Assembly (NCBI GenBank): GCA_030621225.1
Contig: JAUXIB010000002.1
Span: forward strand, 48 to 64,047
Length of the DNA: 64,000 nt
DNA from: a candidate division FCPU426 bacterium
Lineage (GTDB): Bacteria; Oederibacteriota; JAUXIB01
Direction: 5' to 3'
The notes beneath the pieces were generated by a model. That model had not been told where the DNA came from. It did no database searches and worked only from the letters and a program-made list of their open reading frames with translations. The translations under genes were made by a program, and so were the position numbers. Each line of letters starts with the position of its first letter. Positions within the stretch are counted from its first letter, which is position 1. This document shows, piece after piece, positions 17,232 through 28,723 of the stretch.

Positions 17232-19688
17232 TCAATTTTCTTCCTTCGCCACCTTGGCCACTGCAACAATCTTATCGTCCGGTTTCAATTTAATCAAACG
17301 CACCCCCTGGGTACTCCTGCCCGAAAGCTTAATCTCCTTGGCGGCCTCACGAATGCTCATACCCGACTGGGCCATAATAATCAGCTCATCATTATCGTCG
17401 ATCGCCAACGCTGCGACCACCTGACCGTTCCGCTCAGTTATCACCGCGTTGGTAATTCCCTTGCCGCCACGACTTTGCACACGGTAGCTGGCAAACTTGG
17501 TCCGTTTGCCATAGCCCCGTTCGCAAACCGTGAGCAGCGCCGACCCCCGTTTATCCGTCAAAGCCAGGCTAACCACCTTATCCCCCGCCGCTAATTTGAT
17601 GCCGCGCACCCCTCTACCGGAACGTCCCATACAGCGCACCTCATCCTGCAGGAAGCGAATGGCCTTGCCCTTGGCAGTCGCTATAACCGCTTCCTCCTTG
17701 CCCAAGGTATACCTGACACGTATCAGCTTGTCCTCCTTCTCTAAACTGATAGCGATAATTCCGTTGCGGCGCGGATTACTAAAATCCGAAACCAGACATC
17801 GTTTTACGTACCCCCTCTCGGTAGCCATCAACAGGTAACTCTTATCATCAGTGAGATCACGCACCGGGACCACAGCGGTTATTTTTTCCTGCTTGCCGAT
17901 ATTAATCAGGTTAACAATAGCCTTGCCCCTGGTGTAGCGACCTCCCTCGGGCAACTCATATACCTTTACCCAGTAGGCCTTGCCCAGGTCGCTAAAGACA
18001 AGCATGTAGCTATGTGTGCTGGCCAGAAAGAGATGCTCAATAAAATCGTCCCGGCCACTCTCGCCGGTGCCGCTCCCTTTGCCACCGCGTTTCTGGCGCC
18101 GATAGACCTCCAACGCAGTCCGTTTGATGTAACCCTGGTGCGAAACGGACACTACCTGCACCTCGTCGACGATCAAATCCTGGGTGGACACCTCCTCCTC
18201 CTTCTCGACAATGACGGTACGCCGCTCGTCGGCATATTTTTCCTTGATGCGCAGCAAATCCTCTTTTATCAACCCCATCATCTGGCTGCGGCTGGCCAAC
18301 AGCGAACGCAAACGCTCGATATTCTTGATCAGCTCCAGGTACTCCTGCTCCAGCGCCTTCACCTCCATTGAGGTCAACTGATGCAGACGCATGTCCACAA
18401 TAGCCTGGGCCTGCACCTGGGTGAGTTTAAAACGTTCGGCAAGCTTTTCCATCGCCTCCGCCCGATTTCTGGAGGCGCGAATCAACTTGACCACAGCATC
18501 AAGGTTTTTGACCGCTATCTTATATCCCTCGAGGATATGGGCCCGTTGCTCCGCCTGAGCCAGTTCGTATCTGGTGCGCCGCGTTAACACCTCAAAGCGA
18601 TGGTCCAAGTAATGCCCGAGTATCTCCCTGATATCCATCACCCGCGGCCGGTTATTGGTCAGCGCCAGCATGATGATGTTATAACTCGATCGCAGCTGGG
18701 TATACCGGAAGAGATTATTAGACACCACCTGGGCATTCTCACCTTTGCGCAGTTCGATAACTACACGCATCCCTTCCTTATCAGATTCATCACGCAGGTC
18801 ACTAATCCCCTCCAATCGTTTTTCCCGCACCAGACTCGCGATCTGTTCGACCAGACTGCTCTTGTTCACCGCATAGGGCAATTCGCTGATGATCAGTCTT
18901 TCCCGCCCCCCCTTCATTTCTTCTATTCCCATCTTCGCTTTCATCACCACACTGCCGCGGCCGGTCTTGTAGTAAGCCTTGATAGCCTCGGGGCTAGAGC
19001 AAAAAGCCCCGGTGGGGAAATCCGGCCCTTTTATTACCTGGCAAAGATCAGCCACATCACAGGCCGGATTATCGATCACCATAACCACACCGTCGATAAC
19101 TTCACCCAGGTTATGCGGCGGAATATTCGTCGCCATACCTACCGCGATACCGGTGGCGCCATTGACCAGCAAATGCGGTATCGCCGCCGGCATTACGACC
19201 GGTTCCTGGCGTGACCCATCGTAGTTATCAACGAAGTCCACCGTCTGTTTCTTGATATCGCGCAACATCTCGCTGGCGATCTCGGCGAAACGGGCTTCGG
19301 TATATCTTTCCGCGGCCGGCGGGTCGCCATCGACCGAGCCAAAATTGCCCTGGCCATCCACCAAGGGGTGCCGGTTGGCAAAGCCCTGCGCCATACGCAC
19401 CAAGGTGGGATAGATCACTTGTGAGCCGTGCGGATGGTAGTTACCTGATACGTCACCGGTTATCTTGGCGGACTTACGATAAGGCTGACCGTAGTAAAGA
19501 TTGAGGTCGTGCATGCCCATCAAGATACGCCGCTGCACCGGTTTGAGCCCGTCACGCACGTCCGGTAACGCGCGCGACTTTATAACGCTCATAGCGTAGA
19601 GCATATAAGAATCACGCATCTCGTCTTCTACATTGACCGGTATTATTTTTTCTTTTACGGTATCTTTAATAATATCTTTATCTTTCAT
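17232..19688 (-). CDS. gyrA: DNA gyrase subunit A
   Basis: 818 aa. AMSVIKSRALPDVRDGLKPVQRR, GNYHPHG, C-terminal beta-pinwheel repeats. Confidence 0.97.
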   Translation of the reverse strand: MKDKDIIKDTVKEKIIPVNVEDEMRDSYMLYAMSVIKSRALPDVRDGLKPVQRRILMGMHDLNLYYGQPYRKSAKITGDVSGNYHPHGSQVIYPTLVRMAQGFANRHPLVDGQGNFGSVDGDPPAAERYTEARFAEIASEMLRDIKKQTVDFVDNYDGSRQEPVVMPAAIPHLLVNGATGIAVGMATNIPPHNLGEVIDGVVMVIDNPACDVADLCQVIKGPDFPTGAFCSSPEAIKAYYKTGRGSVVMKAKMGIEEMKGGRERLIISELPYAVNKSSLVEQIASLVREKRLEGISDLRDESDKEGMRVVIELRKGENAQVVSNNLFRYTQLRSSYNIIMLALTNNRPRVMDIREILGHYLDHRFEVLTRRTRYELAQAEQRAHILEGYKIAVKNLDAVVKLIRASRNRAEAMEKLAERFKLTQVQAQAIVDMRLHQLTSMEVKALEQEYLELIKNIERLRSLLASRSQMMGLIKEDLLRIKEKYADERRTVIVEKEEEVSTQDLIVDEVQVVSVSHQGYIKRTALEVYRRQKRGGKGSGTGESGRDDFIEHLFLASTHSYMLVFSDLGKAYWVKVYELPEGGRYTRGKAIVNLINIGKQEKITAVVPVRDLTDDKSYLLMATERGYVKRCLVSDFSNPRRNGIIAISLEKEDKLIRVRYTLGKEEAVIATAKGKAIRFLQDEVRCMGRSGRGVRGIKLAAGDKVVSLALTDKRGSALLTVCERGYGKRTKFASYRVQSRGGKGITNAVITERNGQVVAALAIDDNDELIIMAQSGMSIREAAKEIKLSGRSTQGVRLIKLKPDDKIVAVAKVAKEEN

Positions 19689-19731
19689 GGAACTAGCCGC
19701 TCCTCATTTCGTTTCCGGTGAGTTTCACTCT

Positions 19732-19823
19732 GTCGCTAGTCGCCGGTTACTAGTCTCTTGTCTCCTGTCGCTTGTGCTAAATAGCGGGGCACTAGCGACC
19801 AGCAACAAGCAACAAGCGACTAA
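19732..19823. repeat. heptad-periodic imperfect dyad element between the gyrB stop and the gyrA start
   Basis: Left arm GTCGCTAGTCGCC...GTCTCTTGTCTCCTGTCGCTTGTGC. Right arm AGCGACC AGCAACA AGCAACA AGCGACT (19794-19821), ending at the gyrB stop codon (19824). Confidence 0.6.
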
Positions 19824-22666
<2,843 letters not shown>

Positions 22667-22786
22667 CGTACGAAATTCCGGTTTATCTTTTGTGCTACGT
22701 CTTCTGATGATGACTTGCTCCTAACAAGATACTGCCTTAAAAACCACTTTCGCAAATTACGCAGATACAGCCTTCGGCTGTCCGCT

Positions 22787-22915
22787 GATTGCGCAGATTA
22801 CTGCGCCTATCCGCGGTCCGGACTCCCAAGGGAGTCCTCGTGGTCTCCATTCTTCGAATATCATAAAAGGAGACCACAAATCAGCGAACAGAATCAGCGT
22901 AATCCGCGAAATCTT
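22787..22915 (+). repeat. structured ~130-bp dispersed repeat, copy a (recF/DUF721 spacer)
   Basis: The core 22805-22885 is near-identical to 57423-57504. Hairpins GGACTCCC-AA-GGGAGTCC and GTGGTCTCC...GGAGACCAC. Flanked by ATCAGCG/AATCCGCG word repeats. Confidence 0.7.
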
Positions 22916-22943
22916 AATAGTTTTTTCGGCACTATCAGTAACC

Positions 22944-24074
22944 TCACAAACCAGGCGACAACTTTTCGATCCTGCCGTCCTTCACCGAATAATAGCTAGC
23001 GCCCTTCAGCCGAATATTCCCACTCAACTCCTCCGTCGCCGTCAAAAATACCTGCGCCCCCCCATCCAGGCAATCCAAAAGATAATCACGCCGACGCTCA
23101 TCCAACTCAGAGGCAACATCGTCCAGCAAAAGCAGCGGGTACTCACCGCTCACCTCGTGAAAATATTCACACATCGCTATCTTCAGAGCGACCACCGCGG
23201 TACGCTGCTGCCCTTGTGAGCCGAAACTTCTTAACTCCTTACCGGCCAAATACACCGCCAAATCATCGGCATGCGGTCCAAGCGATGTATAACCACGCCT
23301 GCAATCAGCCGGTAATAATCGCGCTAATTCCCTGACCGCCTGACTCTTCAACTCCTCCAAGCGGCTTCCGTCTTCCGGTCCCAGCTCTCCTAAAAAAGAA
23401 GAACGATATCGCACCTCTAAACATTCGCCCGAGATCCTCTTAACCGCATTAGCGGCGTGCCTCGCCAATGAAAGCACCGCCTGCCAGCGAGCGACAGTTA
23501 ACAAAGATCCAAACTCCGCCAGTTGTTCATCCCAAGCTCGGAATTCATCCGGGGCAACCTGCCCGGAGGTTGATTTTTTCAGAAGTTCATTGCGCTGTTT
23601 GACCACTCGCTGATAGCGTGACAACCGGGACAGGTATGCGCCCGTCAACTGAGAAAGTCCGGCATCCAAAAAAGATCGCCGCTCCGACGGCCCCCCCTTG
23701 ATCAGTGCCAAATCATCCGGCATAAAAAAGACAGCTTTTAAGACGCCAACTAACTGGGAAACACGCCTCTGCAATTTTCGGTTTAAATAGGGTTTCTTGC
23801 GGCCATCTTTTCCTATAACGAAACCAACCTCGTTAGTTCCCGCCAAACCCTCCAATTGTGCGCTTATTCCAGCTTCCGCGCGTTCCCACTTAACCATATC
23901 CCCCGCGGAATTCGTCCGCGGAGAACGGGCAGTTGCCAGAAAATACAGGGCTTCCAGCAGATTCGTCTTCCCCTGGGCATTTTGGCCCAAAAAGACGTTT
24001 AACCGGGTCTCAACGGCTAAACGACAGCTTTTATAATTCCGAAAGTCGTTTAGCCTTAAATATTTTATTTTCAA
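22944..24074 (-). CDS. recF: DNA replication and repair protein RecF
   Basis: 376 aa. LRLNDFRNY, Walker A GQNAQGKTNLLEA, signature and Walker B LLLLDDVASELD. The start codon is TTG (24074) with no obvious SD. Confidence 0.93.
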   Translation of the reverse strand: MKIKYLRLNDFRNYKSCRLAVETRLNVFLGQNAQGKTNLLEALYFLATARSPRTNSAGDMVKWERAEAGISAQLEGLAGTNEVGFVIGKDGRKKPYLNRKLQRRVSQLVGVLKAVFFMPDDLALIKGGPSERRSFLDAGLSQLTGAYLSRLSRYQRVVKQRNELLKKSTSGQVAPDEFRAWDEQLAEFGSLLTVARWQAVLSLARHAANAVKRISGECLEVRYRSSFLGELGPEDGSRLEELKSQAVRELARLLPADCRRGYTSLGPHADDLAVYLAGKELRSFGSQGQQRTAVVALKIAMCEYFHEVSGEYPLLLLDDVASELDERRRDYLLDCLDGGAQVFLTATEELSGNIRLKGASYYSVKDGRIEKLSPGL

Positions 24075-24198
24075 TATATATTGTACCTGATTCCAATGAA
24101 TACAACTGATTTATAATAGCAGGGGGGTTAACCTTTGTAAAGCATAAAATTCAGCAAAATCGGGGCTATTATGGCGTAAAACGCCGAATATTGATGTT

Positions 24199-24639
24199 TT
24201 AAAGGTCCGCTGACATCAAAATAGCGTCTTCTTTCTCCTGTTGATAGTATCCAGGCCTCATCCCGACCTGTTTGAACCCTAGAGCGCGGTAAAGTCCTTG
24301 TGCGGCCAAATTCGAGCGACGAACCTCTAAATGCGCCGCTTTTACACCACGCTGCAAGCCATCCTCTATCAGAAGTTCCGTCAATTTCCGGCCGATACCT
24401 CTTCGGCGTACGCCGTTTTTCACCGCAATGTTAGTAATATGCATCTCATCATCAACCAAGCAGTATCCGCCATAGCCAACCACATTTTCTGATTCTAAAG
24501 CCACAAAAAAGAAAGCTCTTCCCACCAGCGACAGTTCCTCCTCAAAGAACCTGCGCGGCCAAGGAGATGATGGGAAACACTCGTTTTCTATGATCATCAC
24601 CTGATCAAGGTGATCCGGAATCATGGGAATGAAATTCAT
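24199..24639 (-). CDS. rimI: ribosomal-protein-alanine N-acetyltransferase (GNAT)
   Basis: 146 aa. GNAT motif A RRRGIGRKL. 4-bp overlap with tsaB, the usual tsaE-tsaB-rimI context. Confidence 0.8.
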   Translation of the reverse strand: MNFIPMIPDHLDQVMIIENECFPSSPWPRRFFEEELSLVGRAFFFVALESENVVGYGGYCLVDDEMHITNIAVKNGVRRRGIGRKLTELLIEDGLQRGVKAAHLEVRRSNLAAQGLYRALGFKQVGMRPGYYQQEKEDAILMSADL

Positions 24640-25370
24640 ACGCGCTTCATCCCTGAAATAAAACTTGGAGGGGTCGCGCCCGCGGAATAAATCGGTTCCG
24701 CCCGGCCAATATCAGCCCATTCTCCGCGCTGGTATCCACCCCACGCCAAACGGGCCAGTGTTTGCACCTTAGGATAACTGGTAGCTGAACATCCCGGCGC
24801 TGCTCGCAAAATATGTTCCCGGTCATCCTCACGCGCAAGCCCGATGAGCGTCGCGCCGTCCCCGGCCAGAGCAGCCAGGTCATCGACCCTGCCGGCCCGG
24901 TATCCTCGTTTGCGACGGTAACAAGTATAACGGGTTGAATAGTGATAGCAGGCAAAATGGTACTCGCCACCGATATAAGGCAAAAAGGCCGCAAGCTTCT
25001 CCGCCCGTTCGCCTTGATCATCCCCGCTATTGGCCAGTATGTCCAGAGTAGGTATTAATAACAGACGCAGTTCAAGCGCCAAGGTCAACGCCTTGGCCGT
25101 GGCAAACGCGATACGTAACCCGGTAAACGAACCAGGGCCGCTGGCAACCGCCACTGCCGCCAGATCCGCGGCAACAAGCTTTCGCCGTGCCAACAGTCCC
25201 CGGATCGCGCGCGTCAACCAGCGCGAAGTGCCTTCGCCGCGACGAGGACTGGACACCCCCAGCACTCGCCCGCCGGCAGAAAGCGCCAGGCTGGATTTAA
25301 GCGTTGAGCATTCCAGCGAAATGATCAGCGGTAAATCCCCGACCGAACTTGAGCGTTCTTTTGTTTTCAT
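24636..25370 (-). CDS. tsaB: tRNA t6A37 biosynthesis protein TsaB
   Basis: GPGSFTGLRIAFATAKAL motif. The N-terminus is uncertain: the track start overlaps tsaE by 74 nt. Confidence 0.8.
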   Translation of the reverse strand: MKTKERSSSVGDLPLIISLECSTLKSSLALSAGGRVLGVSSPRRGEGTSRWLTRAIRGLLARRKLVAADLAAVAVASGPGSFTGLRIAFATAKALTLALELRLLLIPTLDILANSGDDQGERAEKLAAFLPYIGGEYHFACYHYSTRYTCYRRKRGYRAGRVDDLAALAGDGATLIGLAREDDREHILRAAPGCSATSYPKVQTLARLAWGGYQRGEWADIGRAEPIYSAGATPPSFISGMKRV

Positions 25371-25752
25371 CCCTCCACTCCATCTTTAACCACATTGTTT
25401 GCCGCGGCAAACAGGACCGGAATTTTTCGCCCCATTCGATCACCGCCACCGCCCCGGCAGTGTAACACTCCTCGAGACCCAGCTCTGTCAATTCAACCGC
25501 CGCTGTTAAACGGTAGAAATCAAAATGGTGCAAATGTAACCGACCATGGTAACTGGCCATAATAATAAAACTCGGCGAGCGCACACGCCCCCTTACACCA
25601 AGCCCCGCCGCCAGACCCTGCACAAAACAGGTTTTGCCGCTGCCCAAATCACCGCTGAGTACAATGACTTCCCCGCCACTTAGCTGACCGGCCAGCCTGG
25701 CCGCCAATTCCTTTGTCTCCTGCGGACTGTGACTTGTTATTGTTCGACGCAT
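25297..25752 (-). CDS. tsaE: tRNA t6A37 biosynthesis ATPase TsaE
   Basis: 151 aa. Walker A GDLGSGKT; SPSF...HFDFYRL motifs. Confidence 0.85.
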   Translation of the reverse strand: MRRTITSHSPQETKELAARLAGQLSGGEVIVLSGDLGSGKTCFVQGLAAGLGVRGRVRSPSFIIMASYHGRLHLHHFDFYRLTAAVELTELGLEECYTAGAVAVIEWGEKFRSCLPRQTMWLKMEWRDENKRTLKFGRGFTADHFAGMLNA

Positions 25753-25844
25753 TTCTCACCTACTAAAAAAGAACATCATCCGGCTGGCAACCAGATAATG
25801 CTCATCAGGCTTTAGCGGGAACAGGCTTCCGGGCAGTCTCCGAC

Positions 25845-26306
25845 TCAAAACAACTCGTCCTGCCCGTCACCCTTCGTTTCCTCGCCAGCCGTTTCTTGCC
25901 GCTCTTCTACCGTTTCTACCACCGGCTCCTCTACCGCCGGAGTTTCCATAGCGGGTGTCGCCGCGTCGCTCTCCGCCCGGACGCCGACATCCGCCGGCGC
26001 AACGGTGACTTCGGGCGCCCCCACCTGCTGCAGCGGCCAGGGTTTCAATTCACGACCGGGCTTGAAATAGGGTTTGGTATAAGGCGCCAGCGACACGGAC
26101 TCTCCCGTGGCAAGATTCTGCCCTACCTTGGCCTTGACTCCTTTTACACCAAAAGTACCAAAACCGCGTAGCTCTATCCGCTTGCCCCGTTTGAGCAGGT
26201 CAACCAGACCGCTGAACACCTTATTCACCACCACCTCGCTCTCGCGCAGATTAAGCTTAGTGGCCTCGGACACTTTCTTTACCAAGTCGATTTTAATCAT
26301 CACCAC
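25845..26306 (-). CDS. HU/IHF-family DNA-binding protein with an acidic C-terminal extension
   Basis: RIELRGFGTFGVKGVKAKVGQNLATGESVSLAPYTKPYFKPGRELK is the HU/IHF beta-arm region. It has about 50 extra aa rich in E/A/P/T. Confidence 0.8.
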   Translation of the reverse strand: MVMIKIDLVKKVSEATKLNLRESEVVVNKVFSGLVDLLKRGKRIELRGFGTFGVKGVKAKVGQNLATGESVSLAPYTKPYFKPGRELKPWPLQQVGAPEVTVAPADVGVRAESDAATPAMETPAVEEPVVETVEERQETAGEETKGDGQDELF

Positions 26307-26572
26307 TTCAGTCTAAAGGTAGAGGCAATAATTGTCAAGAAAGAATAAGTCTCGCAGCTAGTAGCTAGTAGCTCGCAGCTCGTCAAGCGTCGTTTCCCGT
26401 GTTCTGTATACCATATTCCGTATACCTTCTCAGAATTCAGCATTCAAAATTCATAATTCAGAGCATCCTACATCCCCCGAACAAAGAACAAGCATATACT
26501 CTTTGCTCCTTTACTTTCACGTCCCCTCCAGATAGAATTATGGGTATTCATATACTAATAGTATCGGGAAAA

Positions 26573-26927
26573 TTCTTTTCACCACGACGACACAACGTTA
26601 ACAACTCTTTTTCGGATAACCCTTCGACAAGGTTTACACTGAGCGAAGTCGAAGTGCTTAGGGCAGGCGACTCCCTTTTTAATAACGGCATAAGCGATAA
26701 AAATAGTCGCCTTGTCACACCTGCGAAAGCAGGTGTCCAGATCAAATTGGATTCCCGCTCCCCGCTTTCGCGGGGACAAGCTTCGCGGGAATGACAGACA
26801 GTAGCGTTGCTTGTCCGTCGTAGCCCTTGACGAAGGCGGATGTCATCGTGGTGAGAAAGGTTTTGGTCGCTATGGTACAGCATTGGTGTTTGAAAGAAAA
26901 AAACGTCGTGTCGTCGTGGTGAGAAAG
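26573..26927. repeat. ~355-bp segment bounded by ~25-bp inverted repeats (MITE-like composite of structured repeat words)
   Basis: Left CTTTTCACCACGACGACACAACGTT (26575-26599). Right AACGTCGTGTCGTCGTGGTGAGAAAG (26902-26927) is its reverse complement, about 23/25. A partial third copy TCGTGGTGAGAAAG lies at ~26847-26860. Internal hairpins ACACCTGC-GAAA-GCAGGTGT and CCCCGC-TTTC-GCGGGG. Confidence 0.5.
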
Positions 26928-26964
26928 ACTTCGGCCATATTTTATTTAATAAGGAACCATAAAA

Positions 26965-28647
26965 ATGAATTCCCTCACCGTCTGCCTGGGCATGCTTGTT
27001 TTTCTTATTGCCGGCTACAGGATATACGGCAAACTTATAGAAGATAAGGTAGTTAAACCGGATCCGAAAGCCAAAACCCCGGCCCACGCGCTCAGAGATA
27101 ATATCGATTACTGCCCCGCCCCCAAGAGCTTCCTCTTCGGCCATCATTTTGCTTCTATCGCCGGCGCCGCGCCGATCATCGGTCCCCTGATAGCCGTTGC
27201 TCACTTCGGCTGGCTGGCCGCCGCCAGCTGGATCGCGTTGGGTTCCGTCTTCATCGGCGCCGTTCACGATTACCTGGCCCTGATGATCTCTGTCCGCAAC
27301 CAGGGAGCTTCTATAGCGGAGATAGCTGAAAAGGTAATGAGCAAACGCGCCAAGCTAACCTTCTCTATCTTCCTTTACCTGGCCCTGGTACTGATCGTAG
27401 CCGTCTTCGGCATCGTCGGGGCAAAGACCCTGGTCAAACAGCCGGAGATCGTCATACCGACTTTCGCCGTCATACTCATCGCTATGGGCCTGGGCTGGCT
27501 GGTTTACAAGCTGAAGATGCCTACCGTTCCGGCGACGATCGTCGGCCTGTCCCTGCTCTTCCTGTCGATCTACCTGGGTTACTTACACCCGGTGATCCTG
27601 CCGGCAATGATCACCGCGCATGTCTCCGCCACTAGTTTTTGGTTTATCGCCTTGATCATATATTCTCTGCTCGCCTCCGTGATGCCGGTTTGGTTTCTGC
27701 TGCAGCCGCGCGACTATCTCTCCGTCTTCCTGCTGCTAATCGGTATGCTCCTCGGCTACATTGGTATAGCGGTCGCTCACAAACCAATGCTCGCCCCCGC
27801 TTTCATCACCTTCGATTCCCCCGCCCAGGGAACACTCTGGCCGATGCTCTTCATTCTCATCGCCTGCGGCGCCATTTCCGGCTTTCACTCGCTGGTAGCC
27901 GGCGGCACTACCTCCAAACAACTGAACAACGAAAGCGAAGGCAAATTGATCGGTTACGGCGGAATGATCATGGAGGCAGGGTTGGCGGCGCTGGCCCTGA
28001 TCGTAGTCAGCGCGGGATTACCGTGGGAGGTTCCCATGGGAGCCGATGACAGCTTTGTCTTTAAAAAATTGCTGGCGGAAAAGGGCTGGATAATTGCTTT
28101 CGGCGCCGGCTACGGCCGCATCGTTGACCACATCCCCGGTATTACATATACGATGGCCCTGCTATTTGCCATCCTCACCCTGAAAACCTTTGTGATCACC
28201 AGCCTGGATACAGCAACCCGTCTGGGAAGATTTATCATCGTTGAGTCACTTGGCGCGGCATTTCCCATCTTCAAAAACCGATGGCTGACAGCCCTGATGG
28301 TAGTGATACCGGCCTTCATCGTGGGCATCACCAACGGCTACCAGGCAATTTGGCCCATTTTTGGCGCCACCAACCAACTGATCGCCGCGCTGACGCTGAT
28401 AATCATTTCCGCTTATCTACTTGGCATCAAGCGCCCCGCTGTCTATACCATCGTGCCCGCCGCTTTGATGCTCGTGACCACCATCGCCGCCCTCATCTAC
28501 AAGACCTATACTTACCTTACAGCGGATGAACCAAAGGTCGCTTTGGGAATAGTCGGAATAGTGCTTATAGTCCTGGCCCTTTTCCTGGTCAGCGAAGCCT
28601 GGGGGACACTGCGTAAAACACACAGAAGTAAAAGAAAGAGGGCTTAG
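26965..28647 (+). CDS. cstA: carbon starvation protein A family transporter
   Basis: 560 aa, polytopic. FGHHFASIAGAAPIIGP is the CstA signature region. Confidence 0.88.
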   Translation: MNSLTVCLGMLVFLIAGYRIYGKLIEDKVVKPDPKAKTPAHALRDNIDYCPAPKSFLFGHHFASIAGAAPIIGPLIAVAHFGWLAAASWIALGSVFIGAVHDYLALMISVRNQGASIAEIAEKVMSKRAKLTFSIFLYLALVLIVAVFGIVGAKTLVKQPEIVIPTFAVILIAMGLGWLVYKLKMPTVPATIVGLSLLFLSIYLGYLHPVILPAMITAHVSATSFWFIALIIYSLLASVMPVWFLLQPRDYLSVFLLLIGMLLGYIGIAVAHKPMLAPAFITFDSPAQGTLWPMLFILIACGAISGFHSLVAGGTTSKQLNNESEGKLIGYGGMIMEAGLAALALIVVSAGLPWEVPMGADDSFVFKKLLAEKGWIIAFGAGYGRIVDHIPGITYTMALLFAILTLKTFVITSLDTATRLGRFIIVESLGAAFPIFKNRWLTALMVVIPAFIVGITNGYQAIWPIFGATNQLIAALTLIIISAYLLGIKRPAVYTIVPAALMLVTTIAALIYKTYTYLTADEPKVALGIVGIVLIVLALFLVSEAWGTLRKTHRSKRKRA

Positions 28648-28723
28648 AGGGCTTAGAAGGTTTAAAGGTTTAAAGGTTTGCAACCTTGTAACTTTGTAAC
28701 CTTCTTCCTTCTTTTTTTCCTTT

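Noticed and set aside
24075-24198. oriC next to recF.
   Set aside because: No DnaA-box-like 9-mers. The spacer is short, and dnaA and dnaN are absent from this locus.
26548-27267. 239-aa minus-strand ORF spanning the cstA upstream region.
   Set aside because: It runs through stacked repeat elements (typical repeat-derived peptides such as WTPAFAGVT) and is antisense to the cstA start. Not a plausible gene.
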